Source of the DNA: Rubripirellula sp.
GTDB lineage: Bacteria > Planctomycetota > Planctomycetia > Pirellulales > Pirellulaceae
Length of the DNA: 64,000 nt
Reading direction: 5' to 3'
NCBI GenBank assembly: GCA_965216875.1
Contig: OZ244207.1
Span: 4,800,001 to 4,864,000 of the forward strand
Translations under genes and position numbers: made by a program
Shown: positions 42,239-53,469 of the stretch, one piece after another
Numbering within the stretch: position 1 is the first letter of the stretch
Layout of the letters: each line of letters begins with the position of its first letter
The notes under the pieces: generated by a model
What the model was told of the DNA's origin: nothing
Databases searched by the model: none
What the model saw: the letters and a program-made list of their open reading frames with translations, nothing else

Positions 42239-43627
42239 GTGACTGAAAGTTCGTCCGCTCGCCGAACCGCATTGACCGGCGCATCGGATGGATTTCGTCG
42301 TCCCGAGTCGGGGCTTTCAACGGCGGGCGTGCTCACCCCCGTCGCTGGCGATTCTGGCGTCCAGCCAACGCGGATTAAATCGACGGACTTTGTGATCGGG
42401 CGTGCCGAGGAACTCGACGGAAGCGGCCTGCAGCTTGCCGACGAAAATGTTTCGCGGAAACATGCTCGCATCACGCGTGTTGGCGAACAGTTCTTGATCG
42501 AAGACCTCAACAGCCGAAACGGCACATTTGTCGACGGTGTACCGGTCGAGTTCGCACTGCTGCACGATGGCGACACGATTCAGATCGGAAAAAGCACGCT
42601 CTACTTTGACCAACTCTACGAATTTGCGGTGAGCTCTTCCAGCTCCTCAAGGGCCGCGTCGATTTCGATGGAGCAGTGGTACAAGCGACATCGCGCGGAA
42701 GTCGAGCAAGCATCCATGTCGCTTCGTTTTTGGGGAACGCGTGGTTCCCTTCCGACGCCCGGAGCCGAGACGCGCAAGTACGGAGGCAATACAACCTGTG
42801 TCGAACTGCGAATGGGCGACACGATTATCGTGCTTGATGCTGGCAGCGGAATTCGCCAGATGAGTCGCGCCTGGGCTGACGAGTTTGGTCAGTCGCCAAT
42901 TACAGCCAGCCTTTGCTTCACACATTTGCACTGGGATCACATCCAAGGGTTTCCCTTCTTTGGACCGGCCTACCAGCCCGACAACCACATTCGCATCTAC
43001 GGTGCCCAGCGTGAATCGGGCACAACCAAAGAGCTGCTGTCGGCGCAAATGGCCGGCGACTACTTTCCCGTTCCACTTTCGGCGATGAAAGCCAACCTGC
43101 AATTTGATGCAACCGATTCGAAGTTTGCGATCGGCGATGTGCAGGTCGAGACCTTTGACCTTCCGCATCCGAGCGGCAGCCTCGGTTATCGTTTTTGCAG
43201 TGGTGACTCTGTCTTTGTGATGGCGACCGATAGCGAAGTCGACCAAGTCGCTTTGAATCGAGATCAGTTGGCCGATGACTTCTTTGCTCCGCGTGAATTC
43301 GCGCCCGAGTTTTTGGCGCCGATGCGAGATGCCGATCTGTTGCTGATCGACTGCCAATATGCTGACGAAGAGTACCAACAAAAAGCGGGCTGGGGGCACA
43401 ATTCACTTGCCGCGGTTGTCGACCTCTGCCGCCAAGTGCGGCCGAAAATGGTTGCACTTTCCCATCATGATCCGATGTGCAACGATGTCACCGTGTCGGA
43501 CCGCGTGAAAGAGGCATCCGATCGCCTTCGCGCTCTCGGATTGCACGATATCCTGGTGTTCGGTGGTCGCGAGCAGATCGCGATCTCTGTGCAAACACCT
43601 AAATGCCCGATGTCTTCTCGGGCCTGA
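42239..43627 (+). CDS. FHA domain fused to an MBL-fold metallo-hydrolase
   Basis: FHA motifs IGR...VSRKHA...[13 protein letters not shown] motifs [40 protein letters not shown]. Confidence 0.88.
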   Translation: MTESSSARRTALTGASDGFRRPESGLSTAGVLTPVAGDSGVQPTRIKSTDFVIGRAEELDGSGLQLADENVSRKHARITRVGEQFLIEDLNSRNGTFVDGVPVEFALLHDGDTIQIGKSTLYFDQLYEFAVSSSSSSRAASISMEQWYKRHRAEVEQASMSLRFWGTRGSLPTPGAETRKYGGNTTCVELRMGDTIIVLDAGSGIRQMSRAWADEFGQSPITASLCFTHLHWDHIQGFPFFGPAYQPDNHIRIYGAQRESGTTKELLSAQMAGDYFPVPLSAMKANLQFDATDSKFAIGDVQVETFDLPHPSGSLGYRFCSGDSVFVMATDSEVDQVALNRDQLADDFFAPREFAPEFLAPMRDADLLLIDCQYADEEYQQKAGWGHNSLAAVVDLCRQVRPKMVALSHHDPMCNDVTVSDRVKEASDRLRALGLHDILVFGGREQIAISVQTPKCPMSSRA

Positions 43628-43649
43628 AGACCAGGATCGACGCTTTACC

Positions 43650-44528
43650 ATGTCACGACTGAAAACGGGGATCGATGGCCTCGACGAACTCTTGGGCGGT
43701 GGCCTGCTTCCCGGAACATTGACCGTCGTCATGGGCGCGACCGGCATTGGAAAAACCCAACTTGGGCTGTCCTTTGCCAACAACGGCATGAACCAAGAAG
43801 GCGAACGTGGCATCCTGTTCGACCTGACTGCCCGGGGCGATTCGCAAAACCACTCGGACTATGCCAAACGGCTTTGCGACTGGGAAATCCAAGCCCAAAC
43901 CAGTGACCGCATCACGGTCGACCAAATCTGGGATCGCGACAAGGTCCGACGCGACTACCTGCACCTGTTCCAGCACAGCGGTCGACGAGTGACCGCGAGT
44001 GACATGGACGCCGACCAGTGGCGAGAGTGGAAGTACGAACAGGCAAAAAAACTCGACCAAGCGATTGCGTATTTCTATGGCAATTTCGTTCATGGTGTAC
44101 GCCGCTGTGTGATTGATGGCGTTGAACCGTCCGATCGAGCGTCTGATTCGATTCAATTCGAAATGTTCGAGTACATCTACCATCAAATCATGCGCAAAGA
44201 ACACGATTGGGTCGCGCGTGACTTGTTCCGAGTCGCCTTTCGCGAAAACGCCGAGCGAATCGAATCGCATGCCTACGATCACAACGACATCGGTTGCTTG
44301 CTGTTGTACACCAGTCACGAAGTGATGCTCGATGACCTGTTAACTCGGCGCATCGAGAGTGGTGATGTTCTGTCCAATGCCAACACGATCATCTACATGG
44401 GAAAGACGCGTGATGGCAATCGGATGGGCCGAGCGTTGAACGTGGCTAAACACCGCGGCAGTGCCTGTGATGACTCCATTGTCCCCTACCAGATCACCGA
44501 TTCGGGTTTGCAGATCGAGAATCCTTAG
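43650..44528 (+). CDS. Single-domain KaiC/RAD55-like ATPase
   Basis: [14 protein letters not shown], Walker [21 protein letters not shown]. Confidence 0.88.
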   Translation: MSRLKTGIDGLDELLGGGLLPGTLTVVMGATGIGKTQLGLSFANNGMNQEGERGILFDLTARGDSQNHSDYAKRLCDWEIQAQTSDRITVDQIWDRDKVRRDYLHLFQHSGRRVTASDMDADQWREWKYEQAKKLDQAIAYFYGNFVHGVRRCVIDGVEPSDRASDSIQFEMFEYIYHQIMRKEHDWVARDLFRVAFRENAERIESHAYDHNDIGCLLLYTSHEVMLDDLLTRRIESGDVLSNANTIIYMGKTRDGNRMGRALNVAKHRGSACDDSIVPYQITDSGLQIENP

Positions 44529-44735
44529 CGACGCGATGGTGTGTGCGCGCATAGGGGTCTGCGAGTGAACGCGATCCACCAACAGTGTGGACCTGACGAT
44601 TGAGATCGAACGTCAGTTGAGATCAAACGTCAATCTTCCCGACGGCCCGATGATTCGGTGTATCATCAGGAACACCGTCGATCCGACAGCGGTCGATTGG
44701 ATGCCCACCACAATCTCTCCACAGGCGTCTTTCCC

Positions 44736-46127
44736 ATGATGTCGATTCGATGGCTGACCTCCGTTGCGATCGCTTGCTTGTGCACAATAGCGCACGCTGC
44801 CGACAAGCCGAACTTTCTTTTCGTCATTGCCGATGACTGTACATTCCGCGACATCGGCTGTTACGGCGGCCAAGCCCACACGCCCAACATCGACAGGCTT
44901 GCCACCGAGGGGATGAAGTTCACGCATTGTTTTCAATGTGCCCCCATGTGCTCACCAACGCGGCACAACATCTACACCGGTCAGTATCCGGTCAAAACGG
45001 GTGCCTACCCGAACCACACCGCGACCTACGATCACGTCAAAAACATCATTCATTACCTTCGCCCTCACGGCTATCGGGTTGCACTTTCAGGCAAGACTCA
45101 TATCGGGCCACGTCCTGTGTTCGACTTTGAATACAGTGGAAAAAGCAATCCCGACATGAATGCGATTGACCAACTGTTCGATGAGTGTTCGTCAAACGAC
45201 ACGCCCTTTTGTTTGTTCGCGTGTAGCAATGAACCGCATACGCCATGGAACAAAGGGGACGCGTCACGATACCCACCAAGCGAAATCAAACTGCCACCCT
45301 ACATCGCGGACACACCCGAAGTCCGTGAGGGATACAGCCGATACCTGGCCGAAATCACCTACTATGACGATCAAGTCGGCCAACTTCTTGAGTTGCTCGA
45401 CCAACACCAGCTTGCCGACAACACATTGGTCATGGTGGTGTCGGAACAGGGCAATTCCATGCCCTTTGCCAAATGGACGTGTTATGACAACGGCCTGCAG
45501 TCCGCGATGATTGTTCGCTGGCCAGGCAAAGTGAAAGAGGGAGCAGTTTCCGATGCCATGGTCGAATACGTCGATGTGACGCCAACCTTTGTCGATGCAG
45601 CCGGACTCGAACCGGCCAGCGACTTTGACGGGCGTAGCTTTGTTGACGTGCTGGCTGGGAAAGCGGACCAACACAAAGAGTTTGTGTTTGGCGCAATGAC
45701 GACCCGAGGCATCATCAACGGAAACGACTGCTACCCGATTCGGTCGATTCGATCTCGAACACACAAGTTGATCGTCAATCTCCAACACGATCAAAAATTC
45801 ACCAACGCCTGCACGAAGTCAGACGAATTCGTATCGATGGCCCAAGCAGCCAGCGACGGCAACCAACACGCCGCCGAATTGGTCAAGCGATACCACTATC
45901 GACCAGAAATCGAGTTCTATGACCTTGCCGTCGACCCGCTCGAAATGAACAATCTGGCCGACGATCCGAAATACGCCGATCGAATCGCAAGTATGCGCAA
46001 ACGATTGGGCGTCTGGATGGATCAGCAGGGAGATCGCGGGGTGGAAACCGAGCTCGTGGCCAACCACCACAAAAAGCCGAAGAAGAAAAGCGGAAGCCAG
46101 AAGCAACGCCCCAAAAAGAAAAAGTAA
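44736..46127 (+). CDS. Sulfatase (sulfamidase-like)
   Basis: KPNFLFVIADD, CSPTRHNIYTG, GKTH; Lys-rich tail. Confidence 0.9.
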   Translation: MMSIRWLTSVAIACLCTIAHAADKPNFLFVIADDCTFRDIGCYGGQAHTPNIDRLATEGMKFTHCFQCAPMCSPTRHNIYTGQYPVKTGAYPNHTATYDHVKNIIHYLRPHGYRVALSGKTHIGPRPVFDFEYSGKSNPDMNAIDQLFDECSSNDTPFCLFACSNEPHTPWNKGDASRYPPSEIKLPPYIADTPEVREGYSRYLAEITYYDDQVGQLLELLDQHQLADNTLVMVVSEQGNSMPFAKWTCYDNGLQSAMIVRWPGKVKEGAVSDAMVEYVDVTPTFVDAAGLEPASDFDGRSFVDVLAGKADQHKEFVFGAMTTRGIINGNDCYPIRSIRSRTHKLIVNLQHDQKFTNACTKSDEFVSMAQAASDGNQHAAELVKRYHYRPEIEFYDLAVDPLEMNNLADDPKYADRIASMRKRLGVWMDQQGDRGVETELVANHHKKPKKKSGSQKQRPKKKK

Positions 46128-46262
46128 CCCTAACGGCTTCTCTTGCTCGAAGGGTGACGTATGCCGGTGAACCGTAGCGAGGGCTCAGGCCTTTTTGGCT
46201 CACGCAGTCGTGTGAAAGAAACGGCCGCTTACGAAAACCCCGATTCACGTGACATCACGGCA

Positions 46263-47222
46263 TCATCGTGTTGCTTCTTCTTCGTACTCTCGCTGTAAAT
46301 CATCAATGACGACTCTTTCGAGATCGCCTCGATGAACCACCAAACGGTAACGCAAAACCGTCGGCTCGTTCATTGAAAGCGGCACCGGTTTGCGTCCAGG
46401 ATAGACCGCATTCTGCATGCTCCGTTTCTGCCTCAGAATCCATCGCTTCTGTGGCGTTGGATTTGCCGCATGCGACAGCACGGCCAATCCAAATTCCGGA
46501 CGCGTGACATTCATCCAACGCCCCGCATCCAAGGCGAGCTTCTGAGGCTGGACCTTCCCGCCAACCGACTGAAACTGAGTTGCTGGGTCGAGTTTGATTC
46601 GCGGTGAAAAGCCTCCGTATCCCTTCTCGTCGTCACTACCACCAATACGAACGTCACCTGTCGCGGCGAGCAGAGAAAGTTCGAAGTCGATCAATCGATA
46701 GTCCCGTTGGGAGGCATGAACGGTGATGGCGGTGTGGCTTCTCACGATCGGCAGCATCGCTCCCGTCGCGTCGGTCCAACCAGGCGACTTCCAGATCACC
46801 TTGGCGTCGATCCGCGCGAACTGGTCTGTTGATCGAGTTTCGACATCGGTCACATCCCAAACAAAATCCTTGCACAGCCATGCGTCGCCGATCGATTGGT
46901 CGCCAACAAGCACTTGATGCCAAGCCCAAAAGAGTCCGCGGTGGTGCAGATGATCGGCCGGAAAATCCTCGGTGATCACTTCGCGCCCCTCGAGATCGTA
47001 AAGCGGGTGAACGTAATCGGCGCGTGGCGATTTCCCGTCGAGTGTTTTGGTCGCTCGCTGGTACCGCAAGACCTGCACGCCACGCTGGAAGACCGTCACA
47101 CCGTCGCGATCATGCTGGACGTGCATTCGCGTCGACTGAGCATTTGCCGATGTCGAAAAGTTACAAACGAGCGTGACAAAAGCTACAAACAGGTGGAACG
47201 GTTTCGGCTGGAAAGCGTGCAT
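46263..47222 (-). CDS. Secreted DUF6807 / PmoA-named family protein (not a methane monooxygenase)
   Basis: YVHPLY, DHLHHRGLFWAW, KGYGGF, LRYRLVVH. Confidence 0.7.
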   Translation of the reverse strand: MHAFQPKPFHLFVAFVTLVCNFSTSANAQSTRMHVQHDRDGVTVFQRGVQVLRYQRATKTLDGKSPRADYVHPLYDLEGREVITEDFPADHLHHRGLFWAWHQVLVGDQSIGDAWLCKDFVWDVTDVETRSTDQFARIDAKVIWKSPGWTDATGAMLPIVRSHTAITVHASQRDYRLIDFELSLLAATGDVRIGGSDDEKGYGGFSPRIKLDPATQFQSVGGKVQPQKLALDAGRWMNVTRPEFGLAVLSHAANPTPQKRWILRQKRSMQNAVYPGRKPVPLSMNEPTVLRYRLVVHRGDLERVVIDDLQREYEEEATR

Positions 47223-47452
47223 AACGCGGGAGTCGACAAGCGAATTGTGGGAAGGAAAGAAGCGGGGCGATCTATCTTAATCGCAACGCCGGTCCAAAGA
47301 GGCCGCGGTTGTCTCCGAGCTTCGCCACCGAATCTCCGTGCGTTGGGCGAAATCGTTTGGCGCTAGTCGATTTCGCTTGCTCGATCAGTCACAATGGCGT
47401 CGCCCCTTGCAATCGATCCATCGGTTGCCCCCACCACACTACGAGGCCCAAC

Positions 47453-48937
47453 ATGCTTGCGCGTCTATGCGTTTTCTCCTGCCTGTTCTTGGCAGCTGCC
47501 GTTTCTCTTCACGCCGACACCGGTTCTTTGGCCGGTTCGAAACCAAACATCATTTTGGTCATGACCGATGACCAAGGCATGGGCGACTTGTCCTGCATGG
47601 GAAACCAAGTCCTGCGAACGCCGAACCTTGATCAGTTCTACGAACGCTCAACACGGTTTACGGATTTTCACGTCAGCCCAACGTGTGCGCCAACGCGATC
47701 AGCAATCTTCAGCGGTCGACATGAATTTCGAAACGGCGTCACGCACACGATCCGCGAACGCGAACGCATGGCCCTGAGCACGACAACGTTCCCTCAACTG
47801 CTACAAAAGGCGGGTTACGCGACCGGCATCTTTGGCAAGTGGCATTTGGGCGATGAAGACGCCTACCAACCCTACAACCGAGGTTTCAGCAAAACATTCA
47901 TTCACGGGGCCGGCGGCATTGGCCAATCCTATCCAGGCAGCTGTGCCGACTTCCCACCCAACCGAACCGACAAGTATTTCGATTGCGTCATTTTGGATGA
48001 CGACACGATTGTGCAAACCAAGGGATTCTGCACCGACGTTTTCTTCACCGCCGCACTTGGCTGGACCAAACAACAACTCGATGCCGGCAAGCCCTTCTTC
48101 ACCTACCTGACACTCAACGCGCCGCACGGTCCGATGATTGCCCCCGACAAATACAAGAAGCGTTTCTTGGACATGGGCTACGACGGAAGCACGGCGGGAC
48201 GGTATGGCATGATCGAGAATATCGACGACAACTTTGGTCTGCTTGTCAAAAAGCTTGACCAGTGGAACGCCTGGGAAAATACGTTGGTGATTTTCATGAC
48301 CGACAACGGACAAGCTGGTCGCAACGCAAAGCTCAACGGTAAGCGGACGCCAATCTTCACGGCAGGCTTCAAGTCGGGCAAAGGCTCACCCTATGAAGGT
48401 GGCACGCACGTTCCCGCGTTTTGGCGATGGAAAGGTGTGCTCGGCGAAGGCGTCGACATCAACGGACTGACCGCACACATCGATCTGTACAAAACGTTTT
48501 GCGATTTAGCCGGTGTCTCAATCCCCGATGACATCCAACAGATCGACGGCCGAACGCTGATTCCACTGCTCGCCGACGCCTCGGCCCAGTGGCCCGATCG
48601 GTATTTATTCACGCACCAAGGGCGCTGGGACAAAGGTGCCGACCCGAACGATTCGAAATTCAAGAACTGTGCCGTGCGGACGCAGCGTTGGCGATTCGTC
48701 AACAACAAAGAACTCTATGACATCTCTCGTGACCCCTACGAAAAAGTCAATGTCATCGACGATCACGCCGACATCGTTACCGAACTTCAGGAGGCCTACG
48801 ACAAATGGTGGACCGATACGTTGCCTTTGATGGTCAACGAGGACGTCCCGTATGCACCGCATCAACCTCAAGCGGTTCGATACGAAAAACAAAAAGCGGA
48901 ACGTGGCATTCCCGACTGGACGCCCCCGACCTTGTAA
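47453..48937 (+). CDS. Arylsulfatase (Cys-type)
   Basis: KPNIILVMTDDQG, CAPTRSAIFSG, GKWHLG, YEGGTHVP. Confidence 0.93.
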   Translation: MLARLCVFSCLFLAAAVSLHADTGSLAGSKPNIILVMTDDQGMGDLSCMGNQVLRTPNLDQFYERSTRFTDFHVSPTCAPTRSAIFSGRHEFRNGVTHTIRERERMALSTTTFPQLLQKAGYATGIFGKWHLGDEDAYQPYNRGFSKTFIHGAGGIGQSYPGSCADFPPNRTDKYFDCVILDDDTIVQTKGFCTDVFFTAALGWTKQQLDAGKPFFTYLTLNAPHGPMIAPDKYKKRFLDMGYDGSTAGRYGMIENIDDNFGLLVKKLDQWNAWENTLVIFMTDNGQAGRNAKLNGKRTPIFTAGFKSGKGSPYEGGTHVPAFWRWKGVLGEGVDINGLTAHIDLYKTFCDLAGVSIPDDIQQIDGRTLIPLLADASAQWPDRYLFTHQGRWDKGADPNDSKFKNCAVRTQRWRFVNNKELYDISRDPYEKVNVIDDHADIVTELQEAYDKWWTDTLPLMVNEDVPYAPHQPQAVRYEKQKAERGIPDWTPPTL

Positions 48938-48988
48938 CACCGTCTCAGTCTCACGTCCCACTGGCCACTTTGTCACGCGCTACCGAAC

Positions 48989-50443
48989 ATGAAATTCCTG
49001 AATCAGTTGTTCTTTGGACTTGCCGTTTGTCTTCTGCTTGCTGAAACGCGAGCGGACGACCGCCCCAACGTTGTCTTCTTGCTTGCCGACGATCAATGCA
49101 CCTATTCGATGGGATGCTACGGCACGCCAGGTGTCGAAACGCCCAACATGGATGCACTTGCGCGCGACGGCATCGTCTTTGACAACCACTACGACACCAC
49201 CGCCATTTGCATGGCCAGCCGCGCAAATGTGATGACGGGAATGTACGAATACAAAACGGGCTGCAACTTCGAACATGGCGCATTGATGAAAGAGCACTGG
49301 GAAAAGACCTACCCAATGCTCTTGCGTGAAGCCGGTTACAAGACAGCCTTTGCCGGCAAGTTCGGTTTCGAAGTCACCGACACGCCCGAGAAGAAAGGCG
49401 TGTTGCCAGAATCCGACTTTGATCGCTGGGGTGGCGGCCCAGGCCAAACGTCTTACCAAACGCGAAAAAACAAATCGATGGTTGCCTATGCCAATCAATA
49501 CCCACATTCCACCCTCTCCTATGGCGCCTTTGGCCGTGATTTCATCACCGACGCAGCCAAGGGTGAACAACCGTTTTGTTTGTCGATCAGCTTCAAAGCG
49601 CCGCACAAACCAGCGACTCCCGATCCGTTGTTCGCGGATGTCTATCGCGGCAAGACTTTTACCAAACCCGCCAACTATGGGCGCCAATACGGAGCACACT
49701 TCTCGGAACAAAGCCGGGGTGGCCGTCAGTTCGAACGTTTCCACAGCTGGAACTACAGCGACAAATATGATGAAGTGATGGCAACCTACTATCAACAGAT
49801 CTACGCGATCGACGTCGCGTTAGGGATGGTCCGCGAGGCACTCAAAAAGTCAGGCACCGCAAAGAACACCGTCATCATTTACACATCGGACAATGGATTT
49901 CTTTGTGGGTCACACGGCTATGGCTCGAAGGTCTTGCCGTACGAAGAAGCATCACGCGTGCCGCTGATCATGTTCGACCCGAGACACCCCAACAGCGGCA
50001 AGGGATTGCGGTGCGAAGCTCTTACCGGCAACGTCGATTTTGCGCCGACAATCCTCGAACTTGCCGGCCTGCCACAGCCAGCAAACATGGATGGAATCAG
50101 CCTCCTGTCACTTTACGACAACCCAAAGTCAGCAACGCATCAGTCACTGCCCCTGATCAACGTCTGGGGTCCCAAACAGGTGCACAGCTATTCGGTCGTG
50201 ACGAAGGACTGGAAGTACATCTACTGGCCGTACAGCGACAAAAAGATGAAACCGACCGAAGAGCTTTACCATCTCGCTCAAGATCCCCTTGAGTTGACGA
50301 ACCTCGTTGAAGACGCGTCAAAATCGGCGGACTTGGATCGAATGCGTGCGACCTACGATCGCGCCGTCGAGGATTGGAAAGAGCATGCCGTGCCCTACCA
50401 CAATTACCAACCCTTCGGAAAACTGTTTCAGCGAAGTCTTTAG
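48989..50443 (+). CDS. Sulfatase (CxAxR variant)
   Basis: [29 protein letters not shown]. Confidence 0.9.
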   Translation: MKFLNQLFFGLAVCLLLAETRADDRPNVVFLLADDQCTYSMGCYGTPGVETPNMDALARDGIVFDNHYDTTAICMASRANVMTGMYEYKTGCNFEHGALMKEHWEKTYPMLLREAGYKTAFAGKFGFEVTDTPEKKGVLPESDFDRWGGGPGQTSYQTRKNKSMVAYANQYPHSTLSYGAFGRDFITDAAKGEQPFCLSISFKAPHKPATPDPLFADVYRGKTFTKPANYGRQYGAHFSEQSRGGRQFERFHSWNYSDKYDEVMATYYQQIYAIDVALGMVREALKKSGTAKNTVIIYTSDNGFLCGSHGYGSKVLPYEEASRVPLIMFDPRHPNSGKGLRCEALTGNVDFAPTILELAGLPQPANMDGISLLSLYDNPKSATHQSLPLINVWGPKQVHSYSVVTKDWKYIYWPYSDKKMKPTEELYHLAQDPLELTNLVEDASKSADLDRMRATYDRAVEDWKEHAVPYHNYQPFGKLFQRSL

Positions 50444-50535
50444 CATCATCCGTCAGCCCAAATGACTGGGCTGAGACGCTCAGAACGGGATGAGTGCTAC
50501 GGATTGCAATTGCGATTCCACCAGCAGACACAACG

Positions 50536-50623
50536 GAGCCGCGATCGCGTAAGCGGCCGGGCCTTAATCGCCCTCAAACTCGCTGCGCGTCGGCAAGGGC
50601 CCGCGGCCTGACGGCCAGCGGCT
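50536..50623. repeat. REP-like inverted doublet
   Basis: GAGCCGCGATCGCGTAAGCGGCCGGGCC and a degenerate inverted copy GGCCCGCGGCCTGACGGCCAGCGGCTC; 24-mer identical to 13619-13642. Confidence 0.75.
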
Positions 50624-50678
50624 CAAAGGCACTGCGCAAGAAGTTGCTCTGGTGGCAACAAGATTGCAATCTGCTGCA

Positions 50679-52238
50679 TTAGAAGCCGGCGGTCACCGCT
50701 TCCCACGATGTTCCTATTCGCAATTCATCGACGAACCACGCCCCCTTCGATCCGGAGGTGATCCGGACTGAAGTGATGTCGAGCAATGCGCCCGCTTGAT
50801 TATTGTGGACGGTCCACGTGTCGGGTTCACTCAAGTCGACGTCTTCGCCGTTGCGATACAAACGCAATGACGCTGACCTTGCTTCAGCAGAGATCTTCAG
50901 GACGAGCAACAACACATCGTCCTCTGCGATGGATGTAGCGGTCTTTACAACACTTCCCGCGGCGTTGACATAGGGGAATGCTTCTTCGTTGATTCCGAAG
51001 TGAATCGTCTTGCGCAACCGGCGCCGACCCAACACATCGGGTTCCAATGAAATCCGAAGCGAAGAATCCAAGACCGGTTCTCCTAAATCGCTCTGCGTGG
51101 CTTCAGGACCTTCCGCGGCGTCTCTTGCAACGATCATGCTGAGAAAGCAATCATCCCCACCGCTCAAAACCACCGGAGTTTCCAGATTCCGTCTCAAGTC
51201 ATCGCCGTTTGCAACAGCCAGCATCCTTCGCCCCAGCCTGTTACTTCCAAAGACCATTCCGCTTGGAGCGTCTACCACCTGGGCCACTCGACCGCGAACT
51301 CTCCCTGCGGGTTGCCATCCGTCCGCAAAACCGAATCCGCTTCGCCCTCGTCGTAATCGGCCGGCGATGTTCTCGAAACCGTCATACGCCAAGAGAGACT
51401 GGCCAGCGTTTTGTTTGATTGTCGCTTCAAGGTCACGCACAAACTTGCGTTGTCCAAAGGGTACGAATCCAGATCGTCTTGGATCAGATCTCGAGTAGCT
51501 TTTGGCTTCACCCGAGTTGATCCGCTCGCGAAATTCATTCTCACCGCCATCGACCACCCAAAAAACACTGCCGTCGAAAACATGCACTTCCGTCTGCGTT
51601 GACGCGAGAGCGACAGCGTACTCCGTTCCCTCATCAACGATTGTGGCCTCGGGCGTTTGCATGACGAAACCGCTGGAGACGTCCGATACGTTGACGTAGA
51701 CGCTACCGGCCAACAGCTTCGCTGAATCGCTGGCGATGACATCCACCGAGCAGGGGCCCTGCAGCACAAGATCCGTCCCCGACCGAAAATTGAGCTTTGC
51801 AACTCCCGATTCAAGCTCCAATCTACCAACGCCAAATCGATTGTTTACAAGAGCCGGCGATTCTTTCCAAACACACTCCTGCTGTCGAACGACACCAACG
51901 TCGGTGAGTTCGGGATCAACGACTTGCACCGCCGCTGTGTCACGCTCATCTTGCCTTGAGGATCGGACCACAAAGGGAATCAACACAAGCATCAAGGTCG
52001 CCGCGATCGCCATCCACCACTTCGCGGAAGTCGCCATACCATCGCGTTGACGCGATTCCAAACCGGGTTCTTCCTGCGCCCAACTACGCAGCCCAGCCTC
52101 TAAGTCGATCCGAGCGCGAAACAGCCACCTCGCCTCGGCATTGGCCTTCAACTCCGTCTGCAGCTTCTCATGCTCATCGGGTGTAAGTTGGTTGGTCACG
52201 AGGCGATCAACCAATTGCATGAGTTCATCCGACTTCAT
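50679..52238 (-). CDS. FecR-domain anti-sigma factor / sensor
   Basis: N-terminal anti-sigma helix, TM, LESGVAKLNF.SG..LVLQGP, VDEGTEYAV..VHVFDGSV; overlaps the sigma stop. Confidence 0.85.
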   Translation of the reverse strand: MKSDELMQLVDRLVTNQLTPDEHEKLQTELKANAEARWLFRARIDLEAGLRSWAQEEPGLESRQRDGMATSAKWWMAIAATLMLVLIPFVVRSSRQDERDTAAVQVVDPELTDVGVVRQQECVWKESPALVNNRFGVGRLELESGVAKLNFRSGTDLVLQGPCSVDVIASDSAKLLAGSVYVNVSDVSSGFVMQTPEATIVDEGTEYAVALASTQTEVHVFDGSVFWVVDGGENEFRERINSGEAKSYSRSDPRRSGFVPFGQRKFVRDLEATIKQNAGQSLLAYDGFENIAGRLRRGRSGFGFADGWQPAGRVRGRVAQVVDAPSGMVFGSNRLGRRMLAVANGDDLRRNLETPVVLSGGDDCFLSMIVARDAAEGPEATQSDLGEPVLDSSLRISLEPDVLGRRRLRKTIHFGINEEAFPYVNAAGSVVKTATSIAEDDVLLLVLKISAEARSASLRLYRNGEDVDLSEPDTWTVHNNQAGALLDITSVRITSGSKGAWFVDELRIGTSWEAVTAGF

Positions 52239-52783
52239 CGACCACCTCCCTGCGTTGCAAGTCGCGTATCGATGCAGTGATGCAGTTTGTCCTTCAAACG
52301 CGCCAGCTGCTTGTAGAGTGCACTTCGCTGACGGCCAATCGATTCGGCCACGTCGGTAATCGAGCCTGATTCCATATAGCAGCGTCGCAGGATTTCTTGC
52401 TGGCGATCGGAAAGACTCTCCATGCAATGCTGTAGCGCCGAGAGACGAGCTTCAGTGAGCTCGCACTCCTCTTGGGCTTCTTCGGCCAGTAGGCATGTCA
52501 GTTCGTCATCGAAATGAACTTTGCTTCGCCGATTGACCGCGAGAAAGTTGCGTACTTCGTTGAAAGCGACACCACACGCCCAATGAAAGAAACTGCCTTC
52601 AGCGTCGAAGTCGTCCATCTTCTTCCAGAGAATGACGCTCGTCTTCTGGAAGACGTCTTCGGCGTCCGCGGGATTCACCAATTGTTTAGCGATAAATGCA
52701 TAGACTGCATGTCGATGTTGCATCAACAAGGCAACAAACTCGTCGGCGGATCGATCGTTGGGCTTAGGACTCTTCGGTACCAT
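52235..52783 (-). CDS. ECF RNA polymerase sigma factor
   Basis: DAEDVFQ, FFHWACGVAFNEVRN, region 4 HTH. Confidence 0.92.
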   Translation of the reverse strand: MVPKSPKPNDRSADEFVALLMQHRHAVYAFIAKQLVNPADAEDVFQKTSVILWKKMDDFDAEGSFFHWACGVAFNEVRNFLAVNRRSKVHFDDELTCLLAEEAQEECELTEARLSALQHCMESLSDRQQEILRRCYMESGSITDVAESIGRQRSALYKQLARLKDKLHHCIDTRLATQGGGR

Positions 52784-52789
52784 CTATCG

Positions 52790-53410
52790 TTAGTCGTCAG
52801 TCAAAGGGTTTCCCTTGTCGCTCTCATTTTCGGGCGGGGCCGGTTTCAGAGTCGGCTGAACGTCGCGTTCGTTTCGACTCGCCGGATTGGCTTGAGCATC
52901 TTGGCCGAATCTTCCTTGGCCGAATCTTCCTTGGCCGAATCTTCCTTGGCCCAATCCACCTCGGCCAGTACCGCCGCGCGCTCCCCCTGGTGCTGAACCA
53001 GCGTCAAGTCCTTGCCCGAAGCCCCGGCCTCGCCCGAAGCCGCGTCCCCGCCCCATACCTTGGCCACGGACGCCACCCGCATCTTCATCGGTTTGTTTCG
53101 TACCAACACCTTGTCCACCAAATCGCCCTCTCGGTCCAGCAGCGTCACCAGCCGCCACCTCACCTGCTTCCGAAGCTGTGACATTGCCATCTTTATCCAA
53201 ATCAAGACGCTTTAAAGCAATGATCGCTTTGGAGATTTCATCGCTCGACAGGACGTTGTTGCCATCCAAATCGATCGCGACGAAAAGCTTGCTCGTCGGT
53301 GACGCCGGTTGGCTCGTCCGTCCACGTCCGCGCTGAGCCAAAGCGTCGTCGAACGATACGATCGTGGCGAACAGGACGGCCAAGGCGAGCAGCAGGCTTC
53401 GGGTTGGCAT
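52790..53410 (-). CDS. Secreted EF-hand protein with a Gly/Arg-rich tail
   Basis: Signal peptide; two EF loops (DLDGNNVLSSDE, DLDKDGNVTASE); GRG/GQGRF repeats. Confidence 0.75.
   Translation of the reverse strand: MPTRSLLLALAVLFATIVSFDDALAQRGRGRTSQPASPTSKLFVAIDLDGNNVLSSDEISKAIIALKRLDLDKDGNVTASEAGEVAAGDAAGPRGRFGGQGVGTKQTDEDAGGVRGQGMGRGRGFGRGRGFGQGLDAGSAPGGARGGTGRGGLGQGRFGQGRFGQGRFGQDAQANPASRNERDVQPTLKPAPPENESDKGNPLTDD
52900..52959 (-). repeat. 15-bp coding tandem repeat (3 perfect copies plus 1 degenerate) encoding (GQGRF)n
   Basis: CTTGGCCGAATCTTC x3, then CTTGGCCCAATCCAC. Confidence 0.9.
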
Positions 53411-53469
53411 CAGCGACTCCGCTTTTGAACAAGTCGATGGATAGATGATCGGTCCAGACGTACTTCGAT

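Noticed and set aside
42239..44528. Anti-phage defence system (MBL nuclease plus ATPase) or circadian clock
   Set aside because: No defence-island context, no KaiB/KaiA, and the ATPase is single-domain; signalling is the simpler reading.
46263..47222. Methane monooxygenase PmoA
   Set aside because: Soluble secreted protein of a misleadingly named family; no pmoB/pmoC and no multi-TM topology.
52846..53205. Alternative-frame ORFs with (KEDSA)n or (AESSL)n repeats
   Set aside because: Other frames of the 15-bp repeat; the frame with the signal peptide and EF-hands is the credible one.
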